Source of the DNA: Malacoraja senta
Taxonomy: Eukaryota
Assembly (NCBI GenBank): GCA_038087875.1
Contig: CM075988.1
Span: forward strand, 25,236,001 to 25,300,000
Direction of reading: 5' to 3'
Length of the DNA: 64,000 bases
How positions within the stretch are numbered: the stretch's first letter is position 1; each line of letters opens with the position of its first letter. This document shows, piece after piece, positions 12,601-24,600 of the stretch. The translations under genes and the position numbers were made by a program. The notes below the pieces were generated by a model, which saw only the letters and a list, made by a program, of their open reading frames with translations, was not told the DNA's origin and did not search any database.

Positions 12601-15600
12601 AGCATAACTGTAGATTACAGTCAGTTGTGAAAATAACTTTGGATGGGACATTACTTGCTCTTTTAGTATGTGTGGATACATCCTACTTCAGCAGACTCAA
12701 CAAAATAAAGTATAAGGAGGTGGAAAAAGTTTCACAAAGCAAAGTTTTAAAATGGTTATGAAATGTTCTCAGTGAACAGAACTATCGGCTGATATAAAGC
12801 CAAATGAAATCAGTATATATGAGAATTGATGCCCAATGTGTTAATTACACTCATCTCAGCCAGGATAGCGTGCAGGGCTCTGTGAAGGATTTAAACGCTA
12901 ACAACGGTACAGTTACTTTGTTAGAATTCTTGCTCCTGCTGACTGCTCAATTGACCCATGCAGACTAGTTAATGATCTATCTTGCATGTAACAATATCCA
13001 AAGTTATGGAAACCGATTGCCACCTGGTTGCAATACCTATATGTAGAATGGCCACAAGGAGTACAATGAGGAACAATTTTCTTCCCCAAAATGGTCATCC
13101 AATTTGACAACGTGGGAGAACATAAATTCAATCAGCAAATCATGGTCTACAGATGTTGCCCTATATGGTTTTAATATGATAGAGAATACTGAAGAAAACA
13201 TACTGCAATACGCATGATTTGGATCTTCATCTGAACCATCATCACACTGTCGGGTTCCATCACAAACCATCTCTTTCGGCAGGCACTGACGTCCATTCTT
13301 ACAGGCGAACTCAAAATACCGAGAGCATAATGGGTCTGGCAAAATTAATAAAAAAGGAACCATGGTAACATTCAGGTTTAATATTTAAACACAGCAGCAA
13401 CTCTCACTTCTACAGAGCTTACATGAAAATCATCTCAAGCCATTTGAAAATGCAGGAAAATCTTATTATTCATGTCTGGGAAAGTGGGAACTGCATTACT
13501 TTAGGTTGGAACATCGAATGTGCATTCCATGAATTTTACATTGTGCATTTATAACAGATTATATTGAAAAGTAGGAAGGAAAAATAACTACAGTGCAGTC
13601 ACCTGAATCTTGGGAATTCAGCAACAAAGTATTGGGAAGTAAGGAGTGCAAGAATCTAACTACGTAAAATGTAAAAGAATCCCACATACAAATCAAAGTA
13701 GAACCTTAAATTCCCTTGTCCATTTATTAACTATGATAATAGAGAAAGATTTTTCAATAATTTCTACTTCTGCATAAATAATCAATTTTATTTTAACTCA
13801 TCTAAAATGTTAATATACAATCATGTTATACAGTATATTATGTGAGTTTTTAATACACCAATGTGCTATGCATTGCTATTCCAATCTCAATGTTACAGAC
13901 CAGCCAAACTGAATTATGTATGTATAATTATGGAGCTGTGGAATTGTACAGCATGGGAAGAGGCCATTCTGCCCATCTGGTTCTGACTGACCAGTGGTTC
14001 TTTCGTATTGATCTCATTGCCCAGCACTTAGTCTCTAGGCTTCCTTGCCTAAGCAATTCAATTGCCATTCTAGACACTTCACATTGAAAGTAGACAGATG
14101 CAGTCATTGTTTTAAAAAACGTAAAAGTACTCACTGCAGTTTTGCTCATCTAATCCATCTGAACAGTCTGTGACACCATTGCAACGTTCAGACATTCCAA
14201 TACATGTACCATTTTTACATTTAAATCCATTGCAACCCGTCTTCTCTGCATGATAGCATATGATTGAGAAGAAAATACATTAAGACATTTCGGAAACAAA
14301 AGAGCATGTGTAACTTCTATTATATGTACTAATTCGCCAACACTATTCTGATATTATGTTGACTTTTACAAATAGTTACAAAACTAAGCTAGTAATTTCT
14401 TAATGTGCCTGTTAATAGTAATGAGACATAATTGAAAAATGAAAATAGATGTGAAAAACGAAACAAAAATCATTTCTGCACACATTGAGATCTTCATAAT
14501 TCAGATTCCTATTTCCTTCGCTCCATAGATGCTGCTGCACCCACTAAGTTTCTCCAGCACTTTTGTCTACCTTCATAATTCAGATAGATTGTTTCATTTG
14601 TCATAATACTGAACAGCGGGGCAAAACATAGACTCAGAACTTTGGCCCACAATTTTGTGCTGAATGTGATACCAAGTTAAACTAATCTCTTCTGCCCAAT
14701 TCGACCCAACCAATATTATATAAAGCTGCAATATGATTTCCTGACTGTTGTACTCATTGGCTCAAGAAATGAAGGCAAACATACTAGTTGTATTCTTTGC
14801 CATTACTTGTATTGCTACTTTAAGGGAGCTGTGGACTTGGACCCCACAACCTCTCTGTACTCCAATGCTGTTAAGCATCTTGCCAATATCTGTATACTCT
14901 CCCCTTACCTGTGACCTCCCAAAGTGCATTACCTCACACTTGCCCGTATTAAACGCCAGCTGCCGTTTCTCCACCCTTATCTGTAACTAGTTTACATTAA
15001 CTATATCCCTTGACAGCCTCTTCACTGTCTACTACTACACCAATGTGTTGACGTCTGCAATCTTGCTAACCAACCCATCTACATTTTTGTCCAAGCAGTT
15101 TCCATATTTTATGTAATAAACAGAGGTTCCTCCATTAAACCTGTGGAAAACCATTGGTCACAAACCTCCAGCCAGATTAACACCCTTCCATCACTATTGT
15201 CTGCTATTGGTAAACCAGTTCTGAATCCAAACTATCAAGTCACAGTGGATCCCACACATCTTAATCTTCTGGACACTAAAAGCTGGAATAACTGAGCGGG
15301 ACAGACAACCTCTCTGGAGAGAAGGAATAGGTGACGTTTCGGAAGAACGGTCTCGACCCGAAATGTCACCCATTCCTTCTCTCCAAAGAGGTTGCCTGTC
15401 CCGCTGAGTTACTCCAGCTTTTTGTGTCTATCTTCGGTTTAAACCAGCATCTACTGTTCCTTCCTACACTCTTAATCTTCTGGGTCAGCCTACCATAAGG
15501 GACTTTTACTAAAGTCCATGCAGACACCATCCACCACTCTCCCTTCACCTTTGTCACCTCGTTAAAAAACTCCATCTAGTTTGCAAGATGTGATCTAAAG

Positions 15601-18600
15601 CCATTCTACCTGTTCCCCAATTATCCCATACTCTTCCAAGTGCGAGTAAATCCTATCCCAAAGAACCCTGTCCAGTAGCTTCCTTACCACTGACATGAGG
15701 ATCAGGGGTCTGTAAATTCCTGGATTATCTCTAGTTCCTTTCTTAAACAAAGGAACAACATTTAACAGTTGGTTAAATTAACTGTATGAAATGTTAATAT
15801 CAGTTTAAGCCATTTATCATTAGAGCGAGTTCTCAAACAACTCCAAGATCATCACACGGCCAAAGAGACTAAAATTCATCTCCATCATTTGCAAGGCCAA
15901 TAAATCACAACTATATATCTATTAAGATTATTCTCATAAATTAGACTGAGTGAGAAATATTCAAAATTATTTGCTTTCTTCTGTTAAACTGTAATTTATC
16001 CTATTAAATAAGTAAAAACCATGTTGACATTTTGTGTTTTGTAAGTTTAAACCATTTGGATTGTTATTTCCTGTTTACCTCCTCTTCCACCTGCACTCAT
16101 AAATACATCTATATACAATACACAGGTAGACAGAGACATTCAGAACCTGCTTTTGATTCAAACATAAAAGACTATTACCTGGTCTGAACTTTTGACACTA
16201 CTAAAATATCTCAGTTAAATATTATCAAATTCCAGACTGTACTGCTAAGACACAAAACGACACAGACATCCTACAGGATTCTTACCACAGAGAGTAACTT
16301 CTTCATCACTTTCATCGAAACAATCGTCATCTCCATCACACAACCACTCACGCTGGATGCAGTTACCATTATGGCATGTAAAGTAGCGAGGGTCACAGCT
16401 TTTCTTAGTGGCTAAAGAAAATATTTGTGTTGGTGGATGTTCCAAAAAATCATCAATATAATTATACACACTTCCAGAGATAACAATGCATTTCTGCTCT
16501 GCTACATATTACAGGGAAGGTGCAATTTTGACAAACTTCATTCTTCACATAGAAGGCAGTGGTTTTCAATGAAATGAATAGCTATGTCTTAAGTGTCAAA
16601 TGGAGCAGATAATTTACAGTGCTACATAAATTGAATTTGTTACTTTTGAAAGTGTCATGTTGAAAACATTCAAATGTGAAATTTCATCAAGCGACATGAG
16701 ATGGATTAGCTCCCAATTTTCAATAAATTGCAGAGTTTTCTCAAAGCAGGGTCACAGCATCGTAGAATATAGATACGGGCCATTCAGTCCAACTTGCCTT
16801 AGCCAACCAGTGAATATCTCTGTTTACACTATATCCCAGCACCTGGTGCATAGCCTTCTATGCCCAAGTGATTTAAGTGCTCATCTAGACACTCCTAACA
16901 TGCTATCAGCAAACCACCTTCCACCTCTCTCTCAAGCAGTACACTCCAGGTACTTGGCACTCTCTGGATGAAGGAGGTTCCCCTCAGATTCCCTTTAAAT
17001 CACTTCAAATTTACCTTAATCCTGCCTGCGATTTTCTGTAACCCCTCTTAGCCTTTCTAATTTCCCTTTTAAGTAGCTCCCTACATTTCTTATATTCCAA
17101 ACATGCCTCGCTCGCCATTATTCCCTTATCCATACACATGCTTCTTTTTTATTTTTTAATCCAACCCTCAATACCCCTTGACATCCAAAATCTCACACGG
17201 ATTCTGTGGTCTTGTACATACTGGTTCTCATTGTTACATAAGTGTAAAGATACCCAATTGAAAATGAAATATATTTCCTATGCTCCAGCCAATTCTTAAA
17301 TAACCAAATCTATTTGCCAAAATGAAACAAAATTTAAAATTATCAAATTTAATAACCATAACTTTACTGCATTTATCTTTCAAAAGTATTATAATCTATT
17401 TCTGTGTCCTGGCTCTCCTGCTTCATTGTGGAAGCTGGAGCTGTTCTGAAACGAATATTAACCAAATGAATGACCAATGGACTGGAAATGAACTGTGGTA
17501 TTTTGAAAAGAAATACAGTACAATGCTTACTTTTAAACCCAATTTGAACATTTTCCAAATTGAGCCGAGTGAATATTACATTACTCTGCAAGAAGACAAT
17601 TTAGATAATCAGGAATAAATGAAGTTGAAGCAAGTTGACACAAGTACGTTGTTACTTACAGGTGCAGTTTGCTTCATCTGACCAGTCTCGGCAGTCATTG
17701 TCCCCATCACATATCCATGACTTGCGGATGCACAAGCCATTGGCACAAGTAAACTCATCACTGGTACAGGTATTAAATGCTGTTGAGGTTCAGAGAAACA
17801 ATTATATACACAGAAGGTTGAATTTATAGGAAGGAACTGCAGATGCTGGTTTAAACCGAAGATAGACACAAAAACCTGAAGCAACTCAGGCAAAAACCTG
17901 AGGCAGCATCTTTGGAGAGAAGGAATAGGTGATGTTTCAGGTTGAGACCCTTCTTCAGACCAGTTCAGACCAGTCTGAAGAAGGGTCTCGACCCAAAATG
18001 TCATCCATTCCTTCTCTCCAGAGATGCTGACTGTCCCGCTGAGTTACTCCAGCTTTTTGTGTCTATCTTCGACTGAATTAATATATCTGCACACTTATTA
18101 TTTTACTTTAAAAAAAGCCACAAGATATTTCTCAACTCAAATGGATTGATGGCAATGTAACCCAGTGCAGTTATTTAACCTTATATTAATAAATATTTTA
18201 TATCAGGTGAATACACTGACAAATCTAAATGCTGGATTTGGTAATTGGCTTTACTTCATGAATAGAATGAAACCCAATTGTTTAGAGCTAATAAATTATT
18301 GTTCACATGAGCAGCCAAGGGACAACATTGCCTCATCACAAAATTAGACATCTTATTTGGTTATCCCTAAACTTTAAGAAAAAATAAATTCTTGCAGCTT
18401 GCAGTTAAAAGAACTTTAATTCATCACTTGCAGGTTGAGTCCAAGAAATGGGGAAAACTATTTTGCAACAGAATAAATAGTCAGTCATTGACTGGCTATT
18501 TATAATAATAATGAAGACATCCTTATTGAAAAGGTGTATTCATAGTCTATTTTAACATTTCTAATTTTTGACTGGGAGCCAATGCTAATGGTTACAAGGA

Positions 18601-21600
18601 ATCTGTTGCTTTTCACAAAGTTCGTGATGCAAAAACATGCTGCCAGGGCAAGTGGGAGCAGACATGATAGCAACATTTAACAGGCATTTACACAGGTATG
18701 GAATTAGGTACGGAGTCTTGTGCAGGCAGATGGGATTAGTTCAAATTGGCAACAAGAAAGCGCAGGCATTGTGGGCTGAAGGGCTTGTCGTTGTATGTTC
18801 TAAGAAATAACACCATTTAGTACAAATTTCTCAACAAAAACCTTGATAAAAAATTGATCTATTGCCCATGTTGTATGGGAAGGATCAGGATTAACCTCCA
18901 ATTGGTTAAATTCAAATTTCTCTTCCATCTTAAAACAGGTTAAATTATATTGGAGCAGGATCCAATTTTGTGATACGTTAGAACTGGAATATAAAACATG
19001 ATCTAGGCTCCTCCCAGCAAACTTGACTAATTTCAGCAACGGGGATGTGGAAGATCTGAAATCACAGGAAAGGAATGGGTAACACAGGAAACTATACAGC
19101 TGCTGCACTTGATCAGATAGAGGTTGCTGCATGCCCCCTGGTGGAGATGAATTTAAAGTGCAAGGCATTTATAACAAGAGTCAGAGTGTTTTATTGTCAT
19201 ATGTCCCAAAACTGTCTGTGTCTGTGCCTTTGTGTCTGTGCATTTGTGTGTGCTTGTGTGCGCGAGCGCGTCTGTGTGTATTCCTATATACCTGCCGGAG
19301 GAGACAATTGAGAGAGGCACTATCACAATGTTTAAGAAACCTTTAGCCGGTTACATGGATTGGACTGGTTTAGAGGGATATGGGCCAAACGCAGGCAGGT
19401 GGGACTAAACACTGTATAACTCTAATATATATATATATATATATCCCCCTACCCTACATAGTTCGGAGCCTGTTGGGAAATTAAGTAACTGAAGACTGCA
19501 AGTAAGAATTTCAGTATTCTATCTGGGACATATGACAATAAAACGCTCTTCATTGTTGTGTTTAATAGCCTGGTGGTCGAGGGAAAGAAGCTGCTCCTGA
19601 ACCTGGACCTTGCAGTTTTCAGGCTCCTGTGCATTTGGATTGAGGTGAGAGCTTGGCCATGATAGTGTGGGTCTCAGATGATGCTGGTTGCCTTTTTGAA
19701 GCAGCGATGCTTGTAGATCCCTTTGATGGTGTGGAAGTCAGTACCCATAATGGACTGGGCAGTGTTTACCACTGGGCTGAATTTTGCAGGGTAATAGGAC
19801 ATTTTTCCCACACGATTATCAGGTTTTAAGACTTCACATATGTGGTCACAAACGCAGTCAGAAGTTGACGGCAACTATTCAACCACGACTGCATGACTGC
19901 TGCAGTACTGACGTCTTCTTGGTCACAACTATGAAGCTATCAGGCGCAGAAACCTGTATTAGGTTAGATCCAATGCAGGGATTTCTCTGTCTACATTTTA
20001 AAGAAAACAGAGCAATTGCAAGGATTATGGAGATAGTATTTAAGACTACTTTAAAAATGGTGAATTAAAAAAGTTCAAACATCTCAGTTTGTCTTCTGGG
20101 ATTAATGTTTAACTGTCCTTTAAAGATTTCAGCTTCCCCACAATGGGATATTTAAGTGGAAGGTTCCATGACGGTACAGAGCCTTGCCATTCCATCTTCA
20201 ACATAACAGCAATTTCTCAAATGGAAACGTACAACGCTCAAGCCTTTCTTGACGTCCTCTGAGGGAGGGCTATAGTACCTCCACCAATGTAAAGCACTTT
20301 GGTCAACGAGAGTTGTTTTTTAAATGTGCTATAGAAATAAAAGTGACTTGACTTGAACCAACTTCGATTTTTAAATGAAGGCCGGCCACAACAATTTGGC
20401 AGAAGATAACTATTCAGAAAATGTGGATAAAGATATTAAACCACTTACAGCAATGCTCCTCATCACTATTGTCTCCACAGTCATCTTCACGGTCGCACAC
20501 ATATGCTGCTGGTATACATATCCCCGAAGATTTACACTTAAACTGAGAGTTGACATCACACACTCCCGTGGCTGTGAAACAGGTAAAAAGGGTTCATGCT
20601 TACCAACCAATGTTTGTACATGATAAGATTAAAAATTGGCACCCTGTTTTACCAGGACAAAAAATAAAATCCAGAGCGGCTGAATTTCTATTAAACCGGT
20701 AAGCACAATGAGTTTCATAAAAAAACATGCTTGGAGTACTAAAGGAAACATCCGGTGTAAAGGATAAGGTTGTAAGGTTTAACTGGTGAGACCTTACACT
20801 ACAACTCACAAGTTTCAGTTACGCCGTGGAAAAACGTGTTATTTTAGCATTATTTCAGATAGTTACATAATATTTATCAGTTACTAAATTCAGGTGGTAC
20901 TTACGGCAATCCATTTCATCACTGAAGTCACCACAGTCATCATCATGATCACACTTCCAAATGCTGCTGATACATTTTCCATTGAAGCATTCATACTGGT
21001 TAGGGGTGCAATTATGCTCTGTAATGCAATACAAATATACAAAAGTTGCTCTTTCCAGGTTGATAGCCAATGTTTAGATACGTCTGGTTCTTCTCCTGAA
21101 ATACATCACCCGCACCCATCATTGAGCCACAGCCCAATTTTGGTGGAATACTATTTCACAACTAATTCAACAGTCAATTTCCAGAGGACTAGCAATGGAA
21201 GAAATGTTTTCCCTTCATCTTGGTTTTACTAGCCAAACAAGCAGAAAAATCCTTCAGGTCTTTACCAGCTAAAAGCCCTGTTTCACTGTGCGAGTTGACC
21301 CACGAGTGACCCCGAGTGAAAGACTCGTGGTTGCGTACGAGACTACAAGTTTATGATCCAGAGTTTAACCGAGTTCCCACGGGTATGTCTAAGTTTGCCG
21401 TTTACGTCTCATTTCTGCGATGTTCCAAGTTCGTCTCCCGAGTGTACCAAGTTCCTCTCCCGTTAATCTTGAGGCAACAATGTATATCGACGTGTTGAAA
21501 AATCATCACATGTTAAAAAAAAGCCTGCCTTGTTTAAATTGGCTCATTTGGAGAAAATGTCTGCAAGAAGGCTATTGGAGTCCAGGATGGTGATGTTTTT

Positions 21601-24600
21601 TGTTCAAGTGCTGTATGCTGCAGCCCTTAATGTGATGCAAGGACGCTTGTGTAATGAAGGCAGTAGAGAGAGAGTAAAGAGGAAAATTAAGAAGAGGTCT
21701 CAGTGGGTGAAGCCCCTGTTTCAAAGGAGATCTCTCTTTGGACAGTATGAAAAGCTGCTTAATGTGCTGTGCGAAGAGGATAAATCTGCATTAAAAAATT
21801 TCATCAGAATTTCACCTGAGCCGTTTAATGAGCTGAAGAATAACTTGGGACCTCTGCTGATGAAACATGACAAAAGATTGTGATTATGGTCATGTTAAGA
21901 ATTAAAAGTCATAAAATCAATGTGTGAAATGTGATTCTTATTTTTCAAAGTCTCTCATAGGAAACAATGAGCGTATAGAGCCCAGGGAGAGGGGGAGAAA
22001 GGGACGTACATTCACAGAGGCAGAGTCTCTCAGCCTGTGTGAGAGGGAGGGAGGGAGAGAGACACACACACACAAGGTGGATGTGAAATCTCACCTACCT
22101 GTTTCAGTGACAGGCACCCGCAGCCAGTGAATGAAGACACCCCCATCTGTCTCCCCCTCCTCTCCCTCCACTCTCCACCCCCTCTCCTCCACCCCACCCC
22201 CGTCCCTCCCCCAATTTGGAAATGTCATCCCATCACCCATTCCTTCTCTCCAGAGATGCTGCCTGCCCGCTGTTAAAGAGTTCCCACTTGCAGCAGCATA
22301 ACAGGCCAGTAAACACAATACTGTATATATATACTGCGCTCTAGGGCAAACTCATACTCATAGATAATATACTAAACAAAGAAAATATATATTAAAAAAT
22401 CCAGTATTATTGCAAAAATCCCAAAGTCCTTAGTGCAACCAAGGCAGTTTGTAGTTCATAGTTTAGTTAGTATTTGTAGCGTTCAAGAGCCCGATGGTTG
22501 TTGGGAAGAAGCTGTTCTTGAACCTGGAGGTCATGGTTTTCAGATTCTTATTCCTTCTGCTCAGCAGGAATGAAATGAGAGCATGGCCAGGGTAGTGTGG
22601 GTCCATGACAATGCTGGCTGCCTTTTTTGAGGCAGCACCTCATATAGAACCCTTTGATTCAGTAAAGTTCAGTAAAGAGATCGGGAATCTGGCATCATGG
22701 CTTGAGAATAAAACCCAGCCTTTAACATCCGCATAATGAAAGAGTTGGTGTTGTCCTACGGAACAGGGGTGCAGGAGAGGTGAACACAACCCTGTCTTCT
22801 TCAACAGCACTGGTAGAGATGGCTTCTGGACGTGACTGGCAAACCTCAGATTAGGCTGCCATGAAGTGTCATAAAATGTTCTCACGCTGTTCCTCAATAC
22901 TGGTTTGTCTTAAGGTTGTGAGCTCAGTCCCAAATACACAAAATCTATATATAAACTTCAAGCAATTTTTTCTTTTCAACCCACTCTGTCACCTATCAAT
23001 AACTTTTACTTTGTTAAGCAGAATTTGTCTTTAAAAAGTCTAAGTAACTGATATTTCTGTCCCTGATTATTGTTTCTAAAAAGAGTTCCCACGGTAGAAT
23101 CACGAGTCACAAAGGTAAACGCACGGGCCACTACGTTCTTACAACGAGTTGAAATGTTTCAAATTTTAACCTCAAGAGTACATTTTACTCGTGGAAAAGT
23201 TCAAACATGTTTGAACTTTTGCAAGAGTTAACAAGTTTCACGGGTACCTGCCGTTAACGCCACGAGTCGCTAAGTTGCGTCCACGAGTTCCGACGTTCCC
23301 GCTACGTTAATTGTACGTGATTACCACGAGTTAAATTTGTTTTAAACTCGGGGTACCTCGTGGGTCAGCTCGCACAGTGTAACAGGGGTTTAACTCCACA
23401 TATGATGGGCCACTAAACCCAATGAGTTATCAATGAGGATTCGCTGGATCACTTCCTCACTACTGCCATTAGGAAATTACACTAGGATGGCGATGAATGA
23501 ATCTGCACCATTGCCTTAACAACACAAGGGTCTGAAGAAGGGTTTCGGCCCGAAACGTTGCCTATTTCCTTCGCTCCATAGATGCTGCTGCACCCGCTGA
23601 GTTTCTCCAGCACTTTTGTCTACCTTTGATTTTCCAGCATCTGCAGTTCCTTCTTAAACACAATTCTATGGTTATGAAAGTATTTGCAAATTGGTTGTCA
23701 TCTTTGCAGGCAGCCAATTCATTTTATGATACAAATTCCTAATTATTAATATAATATAATTTCTTAAAAATAGCGGAGTCAGGGGATATGTGGAGAAGGC
23801 AGGAACGGGGTACTGACTGGGGATGATCAGCCATGATCACATTGAATGGCGGTGCTGGCTCGAACGGCCGAATGGCCTACTCCTGCATCTATTGTCTATT
23901 ATTAATGAGTCTCATTGCAGCGCTGCCCAAGCTGTGCTCGACCTCCTTGTTGTCGTCAATGCACAGGTTGTTTACATGCTATCTTTATAGTTTTACTTTT
24001 ATTTTAATGTAGTCTTTGTATTTTATTATGTAGTTTTATTATCTTCTTATGTAGTCTTAATGTCTTGAATGGTGATGATGGGTAATGGAAGGAGATATAC
24101 AAAGATTATTTGCACGATTATATGCACATATTCATTTTCAGTAGAAATGATCACCAGGAGCATGGCAATATTTCAACTAATTTGTATCATAATGTATTTG
24201 AATCTAATAAATAAATGACATTGTGGGCCATTACACAGAATGTAAAGATTACTAGCTACAAGGCACTCACCTTGTCGCACACAGGTGGTATTCATGAGAG
24301 AATAACCATGTGGACATTCACAACTAACATTCCCATTTGGCAATTTGAAGCTCTTCACTCCATCGGGACATGCACATCGTTTCCCGTTTGGCTTTGGAAG
24401 ACAAAGCAAACTGCAGGTCTTTGATGCACATGCATTGCTGCCTTTAAAAGGAATTTAAAATATGTCAGAAAAATTACAAGCAATAATTTGAGAGTGTAAA
24501 TCTGAACATCGCCCAATCTTTTCTCTTTTCAGATGTGAAAGCATGCGTACACCTATTCTCTCTCTCTCCCCCTTTTCCAAAGCTGGCTCTAATCTTCAGA

